A stretch of DNA of 64,000 bases. Origin: Prorocentrum cordatum (Eukaryota). Under the pieces are notes generated by a model. That model searched no databases and was not told the DNA's origin. It saw only the letters and a program-made list of their open reading frames with translations. The DNA lies in NCBI GenBank assembly GCA_963575745.1, contig CAUYUJ010000303.1, forward strand, positions 124,001 through 188,000. The letters are read 5' to 3'. Numbering within the stretch: the stretch's first letter is position 1; every line of letters starts with the position of its first letter. Below, in pieces: positions 1 through 12,733 of this stretch. Position numbers and translations under genes: made by a program.

Positions 1-7
1 CGGGTTC

Positions 8-802
8 TTGACGACCCAGCATGATCCGTCGTTCCGTGTCTTCGACTACACGAATGGCCTTGGGAAGATGCTTCAGACTTACGTTCCCAAGGCTGAGGCC
101 GTAGAAGACAACATGCGCGCCTTCCTGACGCCACCTGGCGAATCCTTGGCCGCAGTTGCGGATTTCGAGGAAAGGATGGCGCGCAGGGCGCGCGAGGAGT
201 TTGCGCCTCATCCCTTCAGGGTGAAGCAGGGCAAACTCGACGACAAGATATGGCATGGCGCCGTCGGCAGGGCGAGGCACGGAGCGCACTTCCCCCTGGT
301 GGCTTTCACGCGCAATACGTGCCGCAGGTCACCTGAAAGACTCGCCGCGAGGATGGAAAGGCACGCACAGAAGAGGGGCAAGGGGGCCAAAGAAGACGGC
401 AGGAAGGGCGGCAAGAAGGGCAGCTACGCACACACCGCAGTTGCGGGGAAGGGCGCCCGACCCCAGATGGAAACCGCAGTTGCGGGGAGAGACGCTGGGG
501 CTGAGCGAGCAGAGAACACGGCACCGCCGCAAGCTGCCAACGGCGACGATGCGACCCCTTCTTATGCCGCAGTGGCGGCTGGGTCCTGGGGCGCGAGCGG
601 CAGCGGCGCATGGGGGGCGCGCTGGTGGGACTGGCGCTCGAGCGGATGGGGTGCTGATGGCGCGCAGTGGTGGCCCTCTGATGTGGCCGCAGTTGCGGAC
701 AATGCCCCTGAGGGCTCGCCTCCTCAGCATGAAGTCGAGTGGGGCTCGAGCGGGCGAGCGGCCGAGCGCCACCCGTGGACCTGGGAGGCGCAGCGTTGGT
801 GA
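8..802 (+). CDS. Probable 3' part of an uncharacterised, possibly TE-associated protein (start may lie outside the window)
   Basis: 264-aa ORF with a protein-like N-terminal half and a Trp/Gly-rich tail. It is studded with the CCGCAGTTGCGG motif, read as AVA. No recognisable domain. Confidence 0.4.
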   Translation: MTTQHDPSFRVFDYTNGLGKMLQTYVPKAEAVEDNMRAFLTPPGESLAAVADFEERMARRAREEFAPHPFRVKQGKLDDKIWHGAVGRARHGAHFPLVAFTRNTCRRSPERLAARMERHAQKRGKGAKEDGRKGGKKGSYAHTAVAGKGARPQMETAVAGRDAGAERAENTAPPQAANGDDATPSYAAVAAGSWGASGSGAWGARWWDWRSSGWGADGAQWWPSDVAAVADNAPEGSPPQHEVEWGSSGRAAERHPWTWEAQRW

Positions 803-869
803 TGGCCGCAGTTGCGGGCAAGTGGAGCATGGTGTTGATAGCCGCAGTTGCGGACAGTGTACGCAGGAC

Positions 870-3800
870 AAATCATCATCAACATCATCATATCATCAGC
901 CTCTTGTGAAGACGTTCAAAGCAGTGCCGGGGGACTGCTTTCGATCGCCCCCTCGAATCCTTTATAAAGGCTTTCGGATTAGGTCCATTGATTCCGTTCT
1001 CGCTCAGAAGTGCCCTTGTTCCGGTTCTGGATGGCCACGTGGAGCCACTCCCGGTATGGCATTCGAGGGCACTGCCATGGCAAGATCCGGCTGCGGGTGC
1101 CGTGGGTCGTGTGGCAGTACGGGCATGTACGAGGCGCCTTCAGTTCACTTGGCGCCGTCGGTGGGACAGTCTCGAGAAAGCTGCCGGCAGGAGGGCCCGC
1201 GGCGCCGGGGGCGGCGGTGGCGGTGGCCGCATGGCGAAGCTCCTTTCGAGAAACTCCGCGGCGCCGGCCTCCGCGGGCAGCACACTTCTCTTGATGCTTC
1301 GCCAAGTAACTCGGCGTGTATTTCTTCCCGCAGTGTTCGCACACGACCCGCTCAACATGCCGAGGCACGCTTGTGCAAGCTCGCATGTGCGTCTTCAGTC
1401 CGCGGAGCGGGTGCCAGGCGCGGCAGGTAGGGCAGAAACCTTCGCGGTCTTGGCCTGGATCTCCCCATGTCTCGGGCTCGGCCTCCAGAACATTGCGTCG
1501 TTGTTCCCAAGTGTCAGAGTTGGTCTGGCGGCGAACGTCGTCCACCACCTGGGCGCTGAGGTCTGCCCACCTGGCCCGGTCGTTGGCCAGAGGCAGCCAC
1601 CCTGTCGGGCGGTCCACTTCCGCCAAGCCAGCCTTGTCGCAAACAGCACAAATGCGAGACCACCACTGTGTAGCAATAGTCAGTTTGCGAGAGGCCCGCC
1701 CCGACTCAGGGAGAGCACTGCCCACAATACCCCGTTCGATGCGGAGTGGGTCCCGTCGTGCCCAGTGCCCAATGTAACTGAGTTGTTTTTTGACCACCAG
1801 CACTTCCACATCATCGAGGCCCAGCTTGAGACGCACATCCGTCATCGTCTCCTTGCCCTCCATGGCTCTCGTGCCTCCACGCCGAGGGGTCCACACCAGG
1901 CCCCGATAGACTCGATTCAGGAAAACCCGCATTTCCTTGAGAGAGGCGTAGGTGTGAGCACGTACCTCCGCGTTGTAGAGCAAAGAAGCAATGACTGTGG
2001 CCTGGATGACAGCACCTTTTGCTTTCAGAGACAGTCCCAGGCGAGGCATTTGCTTATACATTCGCCTCCACACCAGCCGGGCCGTGTGGACTCGGCGATC
2101 CGTGTCCGTTGTCGTTGCACCGTCCTGAGAGAGCCATCCCCCCACCAACCGTAGATCAGGCACCCATCCCTCAACGTGGGTTTTCTGCGAATCCCCAGTG
2201 AAGCAGATACGTTCTGTTTTGCCTGCGTGCACTTCCTCCCCCAAAGCTTGAAACGTTTCGATTACCTGACGCTCGGTGGCTGCAGCGGTAGACCGTCGAC
2301 ACAGAGCCGTAGAGTCATCTGCAAACCCCAACATACGCAACGTGCCTTCCCACGAAGTCTTCGCACGTCGTCGGCGCAAGTTGTCGGGTCGCCGCAAAGC
2401 CTCGCGGGTGCCCCGCCTAGGGAGAGGGGCGCGGGGTGGGGCAACAACGTACTTCACGCCAGGCAAAGCAGACGGACCCGCAGTGAGAAGCCATAGCCCC
2501 ACATTGTGCACTAGACTGTAGGCGGTACAACTCGACGGACACCCTTCGCGGAATCCACGGGCCAGCCGGTACGGAGCCGAACGTCCCAGCGGTGTCTGCA
2601 CAATATACTCGGTGAGAGAATGAAGCCCTGAAAGTAACTGAATCGCATCCGCAGGGAAGCCCAGGCGCCGACATGTTTCCCAGGCCACAGTCCGAGACGC
2701 GTTTGGGTAGGCCTTTTTGATGTCAAAGGCCAAGAGGCACACAGGGTCGGCGACCGATTCTGTGTCACCAGAAGTGGCCTCCTCCGAAAGGGTCCGGGCA
2801 ATGATAATCATATCCACCGTCTGCCGTTGCGGTCGAAATCCCCACTGACACTGCTCAAGCGCCCCGGCCTCTTCTGCCCACTTGGACATGCGAACCGCTA
2901 AGATTATGGCCGCCCATCTAGACAAGATACTAAGAATAATGATCCCTCGATACTTGTCCAAGTCCGTGATTTCACCTTTTTGTTTCCACAGCAAAAACAC
3001 TAGTCCGATATTGATGTCGTCCCCGATGACCTCAGTCCAGCGGTCGGGCGGGGTGGCCCATAAGTGTAGTAGAACAGCATACAATTCCTTCCAAGCGTCC
3101 CCCGTGAGGCATCGCAACATACCCGCAGTAATTTCGTCGGCCCCCCCTGCAGAGTCCCGCATGCGTTTGAGTTGTGCCCATGCTTCCTCGGGTCCCGGGG
3201 CCGTCCCAAGAGTCTCCCGTAGTTGTGTCGCAGTCGGTGACGATGCCTCCTGCCGAACGACCCGCTGGAAAAACCCTTCCGGTTGGTCGAGAGCTCCGAA
3301 GCCGGGGTCGTTGGGGGCGCCGCCAATCTTCTTGAGGTGGGTGGCAGCCGTCTCGGGTGGAAACGCATGTCGAAGAGCCCCCTCTCGAACGGACAGAAAG
3401 ATACCGAAGTCCCGCATCCCCGCGTAGAAAGCCCCCAGATCGTGGTTCGCCATATGTCGTTCCAGGGTCCGGGCAGTTTCCAGGACACTCTGTGTGCGCC
3501 AACGACGTTCAGCAGCGCGAGTGGTTCGACGCAGTTCCCGGTGGGCCTCCCGGCGCTGTGCCTGGATACCCCGGGTAGGCGCCGCCCGGACCTCCTCCCA
3601 GCTCTGGCGCAACCGTCGATTGGCAGCCTGCATTTGCGGGCGCTGGGAATCCAGCACCGGGCAGACGAGCTGACGCCTCTGCCGGCCCACCAATTTCTCG
3701 GCCTCTTCCCGCATGATGCGGGCTAGACGGTTCCATGGCTTCATGTCGGGATTAGGTTCTGCCAGCCGGCGCTCGACTGCCAAACCGAATTCGGACCGCA

Positions 3801-4978
3801 GGGTCTGCGCCCGGTCCGTCGGTCCTCTCATCGCTGCAAGGTTCAGCTTCCGTGGAGCTGTTGGGGTGGACGACGACGTGTGGGAGGGAGGGGGATGGTA
3901 GGTACCGCGCCCAAGCTGGAGTTGGATCTGTTTGCCGAAGTGGTCCCCGAAACACATAGCAAAAGTCCGTAGATGACGCCAGCGACCCTGGATCGGCGAA
4001 ATGTTGGACACGAAGTAGTCGAGTTCATACATCTGGTGCAACGACGGGTGCCACCAGGTGCCCCGATGACGACACGACATGTGCGAGTCGACGTGCCACA
4101 ACGATTCCTGAACTAGCCAATCCCGGGTGGGACGGGTGTGGGAGGAGGTAGGAGTAGTGGAGATCAGATACTTACCATGACACGAGCTAGTACTGTCTTT
4201 CCCAACATGTGAATTCCAATCCCCTCCGCACACAAACCTGGCCGTGGATGGGAATGCCTCCCGGAGCCCTTCCAGTCTCCTCAGAAACGTCCGTCGTTCC
4301 GCCGCCGGTCGTGCCCCCGTCGGCGCATACACACCCGCAAACACATACTTGTTGCTGTAATTTTACCCCTATGGCCACCCCCCGTCCGTCCTCCGTACGC
4401 TCCAAAGTCGCTCCCGTTGCACACCATTCCCGAGTCATTTCAGGAGAAAGGAGAAGAGCACAATGAGCAGACAGGATAACTGTAAACTCCTCGATGGCAA
4501 GGATGGTAGCTGGACTGGTATGGCCATGCACATCGGACAAGGATGCAAAGTGCCACTTGTGTTGCCGAGCTTGTGTAATGAGGCCCGCAACCTTTCGGCG
4601 AGCATCCAAACGGCAAAAGTCAAGACCTCCCACATTCACAGTCGCAAGGTTTACCTGTCGTGGAAGATCCCCGGTCGAGCGACACCTGTAAAGCCGTTTC
4701 GTGAGCAAGAGCCGCCGCAGCGACTGCAAACGAATCGGTGCTTGTGCGCAAGGCATGGCACCTGTGGCCTGACTGGATTCGCTGAGTGTCACACTGCGGG
4801 CTTTGCCACCACGATCCCTCACAGCAGGTGGAGGCACGCCGGCCTGAAACGTGCCATCGACCCTTCCCAGGGTTTCCCCCAATTTAGCTGAAGTATGGCC
4901 GGCCATATTGAAATAGAAGCGGTGCCCCTACCACGATTGGCCGTTTCCCTCTGAGCCCGGGGAGGTCTTCAGCGTCTC
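870..4978 (-). mobile_element. Non-LTR retrotransposon (RTE-like LINE), family 1
   Basis: APE motifs (LATVNVGG, GGDWNSH, ELDYF, GDH), RT motifs (QWGFRP, AFDIKKAY, GFREGCPSS, FADD), C-terminal CxxC zinc fingers, and an imperfect (TGA)n 3' tail at about 872-898. Confidence 0.9.
979..4906 (-). pseudogene. APE endonuclease-reverse transcriptase-zinc finger polyprotein of LINE family 1, with one frameshift near 4345
   Basis: The N-terminal APE part is in ORF 4187..4906; the rest (1121 aa) is in ORF 979..4344 in another frame. Confidence 0.85.
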
Positions 4979-7900
4979 AGAGCTTGCAGCAGCACGTGGT
5001 AGCACTCAAAGCCCGCCAGCAGGACCACGAGAAAGGCCTGCACCCAGGCGACGCCGACGGCGGCGTCGTAGATGCCCTGCCTCCCGGGGGCCCGCGCCGG
5101 CCGCTGCGCGCGTGGGGCGTGCCGTGGGGTGGGGTCTCGCTGTAGTTGCCGTTCCGGCCAGGGCGCCGGCCTGCGGGCGGCGGCGTGCGTCTGCCGCGGG
5201 CCGCCGCCAGCGCCGCCGAGGCGGCCGTGCAGGCCGGCGCGCGCCCCCGCGGGGGCCGGGCCGGGCGTGCCAGGAGGACCGCGCAGGCGAGCAGCACCGG
5301 GGGCCAGCCTCCGGCTCCGGGGCTGTCGGGCTGCGGGTGCCGCCCTCGCCTCCACCTCCTCCTCTTCCTCCTCCTCCAGCAGCAGGATGGGTGTGCCTCC
5401 TCCTCTGCCTCCTCCTCACCAGCCTCCTCTGCCTCCTCTGCCTCCTCCTCCTCTGCCTCCTCCTCTGCCTCCTCTGCCTCCTCCTCCTCCTCCTCCTCTG
5501 CCTCCTCATCCGCGCGCTCCCCGGAGATACTGCACGATCGGGCCATCGTCCGTGTGGAGCACACCGAACCGCACGCCAGGGACGGGGACGGCCTGGACGG
5601 CCGCGAGGGCATCCAGGAAGGCCGGCTGCACCCGCAACGAATACACGATGATGAATACCCAGGGCCTGTCGGCCATCGGGCCCTCGTGGCGCGGCTTGAA
5701 GCGGAAGAGGGACGCGTCGACCTCTGCAGCTGGCGTCGCGGCGAGGTCGGTGGCAGCCTGCTTGCCCGGGTCGGCCTCCTGCAGCTTGCCCGCCGTCCAC
5801 TCGCATATCGCCTTGAAGAGCATGCTGCGCTGGCTGCCCATGGGATGCGGGGGCAAGGGGCCGTCGGCTGGCTGCTGCTCCTTGCGGTCCTTGTCGGCCT
5901 GGCGCCAGGCGCTCCGCAGCTCCCACACCTCGTCGATGAGCTCCTCGTCCTTGAGCACCACCAAAGCGCCGACGCGGTCGGTGTGCATGTTGAGCTCCCG
6001 CTCGTGGCTGATGCCGAGGGCGACCAGCGCTTCCACGACCTCCTCCATGGGGCCGGGGAGCCCGCGGCCACGGCCGGCGCCTCGCCCCTTGCCGCCGTGC
6101 CCCTTGCCCTTGCCGCCGCCTGCGCCCTGGCCGCCGCCGCCGCCTCCTCGCCTGCGGCCGCCCTTGGCGCCGCCCTTGCCGGCTGGCCGGGCCGCGCCGC
6201 CGCCGGGGGCAGCGGGGGCGGGGGCAGCAGCGGGAGCGCCGCCAGCAGCGCCAGCAGCGGCAGCATCCGCCCGGGGCGCAGCGGGGGCCGGCAGGGCCAG
6301 CCGCCCGGCGGGGGCGGGCGCAGCGGGGTCTGGCAGGGCCAGCTGCCCGGCGGCCTGCGGCATGGCGGCATCTCCTGCCGCCGCGGCCGCGGCCGGCGCG
6401 GGCGCCTCCCGCGGCAAGCCTCGGGGCTGCACGCGCCGGCGCGCCGGCGCCTCCCCGCGAACCTGTTCCGCGTCCCCGGCCCGCTGGCGGCGCGCCGCCA
6501 CGGCCGCGCGCGCAGCTGCGAGCCCGTCCGCGGCCCCGGCTCCCCCGCCAGCTGCAGCCATGGACGGCCGCCCCGGCCGGTCCGACCCTGGGGGGACCAG
6601 CTGCGGCACGGCCGCGTGCAGCGACGGCACGGAGGGAGGGCCAGGGATGTGCGCAGGAAGGACACGCGTACGACCAGGTCTGCCGTTCTGCGTCCGTGCT
6701 TTTCCTGGCCACTTTGTGCATGACCGCGCCGAGCCACACTCGGAAGGGAGCTGCGCGACAATATGCCCAGGGACTGTTGTGCTTACCACCACAGAATGCG
6801 CACCCGGAGCCATCTTTCAGGTAGGGCGCCAGCTCGTCACCAGTGGCGTAAGCGTGGGGGCCTCCTCTTCCTCCTCCCTCCTCTATGCCGCCTCCTTCGC
6901 CCTCGATGCCGCCTCCCTCGCCACCTCCTCTTCCTCCTCCTCCTCTACCTCCTCCTCCTCCTCTGCCTCCTCCTGCTGCTGCCGCCGGAGCGACAAGGTG
7001 GGTGGCGTGGCGCTCCTGCCGCCTGCGTGCCTGGTTCCTGGGCTCGAGCCCCAGGCGCCGTGCGCCCCAGGCGCCCCGGCCTCCAGCTCCGCCAGCGTAG
7101 GCGTCGTCCACGCGAGGGGCCGGCGGCGGAGCAGGCGGCGCCGCGGGGGGCGGCTGCTTGCCCCGGAGGCGCCGGCGGGCGGGCGCCGCAGGAGCGGGCG
7201 GCGGGGGTGGCTGCTGCTGTTGCGACTTGCGGCGGTCTGGGCGAATCCGCATGCCGTCCTGCTGTCCGTCGACAAAACGTGGCGCGAGCCGGCCAGCCGG
7301 CGGCGGGGCGCCGTCGCAGGTCCGAAGATGGTTGCCCAGTTTCGCGCACCAGACTCCGCAGCGGGGGCAGCGTTGCTCGCCGGTGCGGGGGCATCTCTGC
7401 GCGCCCTGCAATTCGGCTCTGTAGGCGGTGGCGCTCTCAGAGTGTCTGTTGGTCCAAGTGTCGGCGTCACACCGCTGGCGCTCGTGCCACACCAAGGTGT
7501 CGGAGAGGCGTTTCCACTCACGCCGGTCGCGTGCGACCTCCATCCAGCGCGCGGGCCATTCCTCCTCTGGCATGCCTGCGAGGCCCATGACGCTGACGAT
7601 CCGCTTCCAGTAAGTGTCCCTGAGCGTGGGGCAACGGGAAGCCAGGGACCCGGCACCCTCCAGAGCCTCCGGGGGCGGAGCGAGCCACAGGCCGAGCATG
7701 TGCTGCTCGAGGCGATCGTTGGGGTAGCGGGCGAGGTGTCCAAGATACCCTAGCTGCCGTTTCAGCACCTGCACCGGGGCGGCGTCGATCCCGGCCTCGA
7801 TCTTCAGGTCTGTACTGGTGCACGCGCCTTCCATGGCGCGGGTGCCGCCTCTACGTCGATCAAAGGTGATGCCGCGGATGACCCGGTTCAGGAAAACCTG

Positions 7901-10441
7901 GTAGGCCTTCAATGACGCAGGGGAGAATGGGCGAACTTCGGAGGCGCACAGCAGGGAGGCCACGACCGTGGCCTGCACCACCGCGCCGCGGAGCCGGCTG
8001 CTGAGCCGCAGTCTGGGCAGCTGCTTGTGCAGGCGTCGCCACACGAGCCGGGCGGCGTGGATGCGTTTGGTGTCGTCCTGCTCCGTGCCACCGTCGGTGT
8101 CGAACCACGCCCCCAGCAGCCGCACCGCCATGAGGAAGCCAGGAGGGGCCGCCTCCGTCTTGGCAGCCGCGCAGAGCCGCTCGGTCTTCCCCGGGTGTAC
8201 CGTCTCGCCAAATCTGGCCATAATCCTGATGACCATGTCCTCGACAGCGCGAGAGCGCTTCTGCCTCGCAAGCACGGCGGTGCCGCCGGCGAAAGCCAGC
8301 AAGTGCACGATGAAGGCGTCGAGGTCGGCCTCGTCCGGCTGCTCCGTGGCGCGCGGCAGAGGCCGGGCGGGGGCGTGATGCAAGTTCACTCGCTGGTCCG
8401 CCTGCAGCTCCTCGCGCAGCCGCCACAGCACGATGTTATGGAACACCGTGTAGAGGATACCGCTGGTGGGGCAGCCCTCGCGGAGCCCGCGGCGCAGCTC
8501 GTAAGTGGAGGAGTCCCCGGCGCTGGTCCTGACCACGTAGAACGTCTGCTCGTGCACGCCTTGGAGCACGTTGAGCATGGCCGGCGGCACGCCCAGACGA
8601 GTGAGCACCTTCCAGCAGAGAGCCCTGGGCACGTTCGGGAACGCCTTCTTCACGTCCACCAGAACAGCGGCAAGAGAATCGTCGGATACCATCTGGCCCG
8701 TCCGAGCGCTCTCCTCGAACAGGATACGCATGATCAGCACGGCGTCCCGCGTGGAGCGGTACTTGCGGTTGCCCCACTGCTCCCGGACGTGGAAACCCGA
8801 GGCTTCGGCCCACTGGGATGCCCTGGTGGCAGCAAGCTTGGCGACGATCCTGGAGAGTATACTGAGCAGGCATATGCCCCTGTAATTATCGAGGTCGGAG
8901 CGAGACCCCTTGTTCTTGAACAAGAGGATGACGACTGCGCGGAGCGGCTCTTGCCCCAGAACCTCGACCCAGTGCTCGTGCGGAGTGTCCCAGAAGAGGC
9001 GGACGAGGCGGCGGACCTCCGAAACCACAGGCGCTCCGGCCGCCTTGATCATGCCGGTCGTGACCTCGTCGTCCCCCGGGGCGCTGCCGCGAAGCCCACG
9101 GATGGCACGATCGATCTCCGGAGACGGCCGCGTCTCGCGGGGGCCGGCCCAACGTCTCTGCATGCGCGTGCCCCTGCTGCCAGAAAGCCTCCGGGAGGTC
9201 GTCGAGCACCTCCTCCGGCACTGGGTTGGGGTCGCCGCCAATATTGAGGAAGTGGTCCTTGCCCTCCTCGGGAGTGCACTCCTCGCGGCCGGTCGTGTCG
9301 CTGTCGGAGAGCCACACGCCGAGGCCCTTCATGCCGCGGTAGAAGGCCCCCGTGTCGTGGCAGGAGGCGGCGTGCTCAAGGTCGGTCACCACGCCGTGCA
9401 CGATCTGGCGCCGGAGGCTCCGTGGGTCCCTCCGGTGCTGGGCGCGGAGGCGGCGATGCTCCTTCCGAGCCTCCTCCTCGGCGCCGGTGCCGATGGCCCG
9501 CCGCGCAGCCTCCCAGCTGCGCTGTTGTGCTCGGCGGTGCGCCCGCTCAGTGGGTCGCAGCCTCTGTAGCACGGGCGCGTCGTCACGCCGTGGGGCACGA
9601 CCCAGAACCTCCTCTGCAGCGATGCGCATGGCGGCGGCGAGCTCGCCCCACGCCGGCCTGTCGGGCTCCCCGAGGGCGCGGCCCGTGGCCTCGCCGAACT
9701 CGGCGCGCAGAGCGGCTGCCTCGGGAGACGGACCCCTCATCAAGTCGTAGCGGGGGCGCCCGGCTGGTCTCGGCTCCAGTGTGAAGCCGTTCACGAGCTC
9801 TCGCACATCGCGGCGCCCCTGGGGCTTGCCAGGAGACCAGTGCGACACAAACTTGGCGAAGTGGTCGCCGAACGGCGTGGCGAAGGTCCGCAGCCGCTTC
9901 CACCGCTTCGCAGACACCGGGCCGTCGGTGATGAAGTAATCATTCTCGTGCCACCGGCCTTGCTCGATGCCTAGCGATCGCCGCGTGGCCCTCTGGCGAC
10001 AAGCGAGGTGGGGATCGACGTGTCGAAGACGAAGATCCTCCAGCACCTTCGTGAAAGCGCGGCTGTGTCTGGCTGTGGGCGCGCTGAGCAGCTTGGGCCC
10101 GATGCCGGGCTCTCCCGCGGCGTCGGCGCCGACATGGGCGTTCCAGTCGCCGCCCATGATGTGCTGGGAGCAGGACGGGATCGCCTCCTGCAGCTCCCGG
10201 AAGTGCTCCTAACTCGTCCCGCACTGCGCGGGGCGCCGCGCCCGTCGGCTGGTAGCCGGTGGTGAAGACGACCTTCCGCCCGTTGATGGGCACCGTGATG
10301 GTGAGCAGGCGGTCGCAGTCCGGCGCGCGCACGACTCCGGCGCCTCCGGCCCGCCAGGCCCTCGACGCGGGGGCCGCCAGCAGCAGCCCGACGCAGCCCC
10401 ACTGTAGCAACAAAAACTCCTCCACTCCAACCAACTGCAAT
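4979..10441 (-). mobile_element. RTE-like LINE family 2, copy A (3' portion; the 5' portion is at 30144-30668), inactivated
   Basis: Near-identical to 30669-36148. Catalytic FADD has become FAGG, there is a 10-nt insertion near 9120 and a frameshift near 10210, and the copy is interrupted at 10441 by a DNA transposon. Confidence 0.93.
5506..6561 (-). CDS. Second, 3'-located ORF of LINE family 2 copy A (about 351 aa: Ala/Pro-rich region, RGG-like box, unknown globular domain)
   Basis: ATG at 6561, GC3-rich codons and a globular-looking segment (PMEEVVEALVALG...PWVFIIVYSL...QYLRG). It is conserved in copy B, and the RT frame over the same bases is low-complexity. Confidence 0.75.
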   Translation of the reverse strand: MAAAGGGAGAADGLAAARAAVAARRQRAGDAEQVRGEAPARRRVQPRGLPREAPAPAAAAAAGDAAMPQAAGQLALPDPAAPAPAGRLALPAPAAPRADAAAAGAAGGAPAAAPAPAAPGGGAARPAGKGGAKGGRRRGGGGGGQGAGGGKGKGHGGKGRGAGRGRGLPGPMEEVVEALVALGISHERELNMHTDRVGALVVLKDEELIDEVWELRSAWRQADKDRKEQQPADGPLPPHPMGSQRSMLFKAICEWTAGKLQEADPGKQAATDLAATPAAEVDASLFRFKPRHEGPMADRPWVFIIVYSLRVQPAFLDALAAVQAVPVPGVRFGVLHTDDGPIVQYLRGARG

Positions 10442-10527
10442 CCCACAGATCCTCGTGCATGAGTATTTCTCAAGCTTCTGTTTGCATGAGTTCTAATTAA
10501 TTGAATGGCTTTTGGGGAATTAGCAAT

Positions 10528-10682
10528 TTATGAATCGATTCTGTGGAATTAACAATTTATGAATCGATTCTGTGGTGTTATGAATCGATTCTGTGGTGTT
10601 ATGAATCGGTTCTGTGGTGCTATGAATCGATTATGTGGTGTTATGAACCGATTCTGTGGTGTTATGAATCGATTCTGTGGAA
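10528..10682. repeat. Subterminal 21-bp tandem repeat (TTATGAATCGATTCTGTGGTG), about 7 copies
   Basis: Directly visible next to the left TIR; subterminal repeats are typical of CACTA-type elements. Confidence 0.9.
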
Positions 10683-10704
10683 TGGACCCTCCCTCCCCCC
10701 CCCC

Positions 10705-10753
10705 CACACACACACGCACACACACACACACATACACACACACACACACGCAA

Positions 10754-10837
<84 letters not shown>

Positions 10838-10838
10838 G
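10705..10838. repeat. (CA)n/(CGCA)n microsatellite
   Basis: Directly visible. Confidence 0.95.
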
Positions 10839-11589
10839 GATCACGTGCTCCCTTTCAGCCCTTTTCCTTCCCCGCTGCCCTCCAGCTAGCTTGCAGCTCT
10901 CTCACGCCGCTGCATCGAGCCATTTCGGTTGAGGGCTGGCTCCCCCGCGCGCGGGGGAGGGGCGCAGGGCCTGAAGGCGGCGCGTGCCACCGTTCGTTTG
11001 TTATTTGTATTACACTCTCTCTCTCTCTCTCTCGTGTGTGTGTCTCTCCCTCTCTCTCTCGATGTCTATCACACTCTGTCGTTGTACACGTAGACGCAGA
11101 ATTCTACACAGATGCATACAACATATCTCACGGTGTCGTGACTCAAGTATGGTGGTGTATGGTATGGACTAGCGCAGTATTTATGTAGACCTCCCTGAAT
11201 CGGTGTACGCTGTACAGGTGTTCGTACGTGCGTGTGCGTGCACATGTATGTATGTATGTATGTATGTATGTATGTTTATGTATGTATGTATGTATGTATG
11301 TACGTATGTATGTATGTGTGTACTACACACATACATACACATGTGCATATGCAAATATGTGTATATATGCATATGTGTGTGGGCGCACCTTTACACATAC
11401 GGACATGATTCAGAAGAGGACGAGGCCAGGTCGGAAGGAGGCCAGGGGATGCCGACCCCCAGGCGATGGCGGGCACAGGAGGTCGGCGCAAGACGGCCAC
11501 AGCCGCGCCAGACCTCCTGGCCATCGCCTTGATGACGCCGGTTGTCGGCGGGTGCTGGTATCTAGGCGGGGCGCCTCCTTGCACCCATG

Positions 11590-12065
11590 AGATTGTGATG
11601 ATTACGATGTTGATGGTGATGGTGATGGCGATGGTGGTGGCGATGAGGATTAGGATGGTGATAATGATGGCGATGATGATGCGGATGATGATAATGATGA
11701 TGATGAGGATGATTGATGATGATGGTGATGATGATGAGGATGTTGATGATGCTGATGCTGATAATGATGGTGATCACGATGACGGCGACATGACGATGAA
11801 AACGGCGATGATGATGATGATTATGATGCTGGGTATTATGATGATGGTGATGATGGTAGTGGCGACGGTAATGGTGATGGTGATGATAGTGAGGAAAAGT
11901 ATGATGATTATGATGGTGATGATGACGATGGTCATAGTGATGAAGATGGTGATGATGTTGATGCTGATGATGCCGATGATGATTAATATGAGGACGCGGA
12001 TGAAGGCGGTGATACTACACACAATGAAGATGCTGCTGATGATGATGGTGGTCATGGCGCTGACG
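11590..12065. repeat. Imperfect (ATG)n microsatellite; similar tracts at 15560-15990 (CAT), 23930-24510 and 28970-29075
   Basis: Directly visible. Confidence 0.9.
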
Positions 12066-12224
12066 ATGCTCCAGCTGCCGCACCGTTAACCCTTCCTCGC
12101 TCCGCCTTCTCCCCTCTGTCCGATGTTTCTCCTCCCCAGTTTCTTGTCCCGTTCCGTCCTCCTCCGCCTCCTCCTCCTCCTCCTCGAGCCTCGTATACTC
12201 TTTGCGTGGCATCCCCCCATGCTG

Positions 12225-12695
12225 AGAGGCTGTGACTCCGTCCCCGACTTCTCGAGCTACCCCCTGGAGTGGGCATCGAGGCCCAACAAGGAGCACTTGA
12301 AGGCGCGGAGCCGCCTTGCAAGTATAGCCAGGAGGGGTATGTCAGGGGATCGCGAACGTATAACCATCAGAGGATAGGGGGATAGCGGGGGTAGAGCAGA
12401 CTCGATCTTACTCGCCATCACCCTCCAATCAATCCATCTCCAATTCCCTCCCCATGCATGTCGAGCCGTGCCCTACCTCCTCGATGTCCGCCTCCCTCAT
12501 CCGCGAAGGCCTGGGACACCCTGTGCAGGCAGCTCCACGAGATCGGCGAAGGCAGGAGGTTCAGCCAGACGTGCATGGAGGCGCGGACGTGCACAAGAGA
12601 GGGAGAAGAGAAGTAGAGAGAGTCAGGTAAAGGGGGGGCGGAGGGAGGTGAAGCTGCAATCTATGTCAATGTTGCGTTGTTATGTGGTTGGCGGA

Positions 12696-12733
<38 letters not shown>

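Noticed and set aside
5072..9569. Long plus-strand ORFs over the LINEs, and similar ones at 30.7-35.3, 41-47 and 56-57 kb
   Set aside because: They are antisense shadows of GC-rich minus-strand genes.
10915..10935. AGCCATTTCGGTTGAGG as an SL relic upstream of cargo gene 1
   Set aside because: Only about 13/17 identity and no clear nearby start codon; it could be chance.
11466..12089. Met-rich or Ile-rich membrane-protein-like ORFs (also 15437-15937 and 23991-24785)
   Set aside because: They are translations of imperfect ATG/CAT microsatellites.
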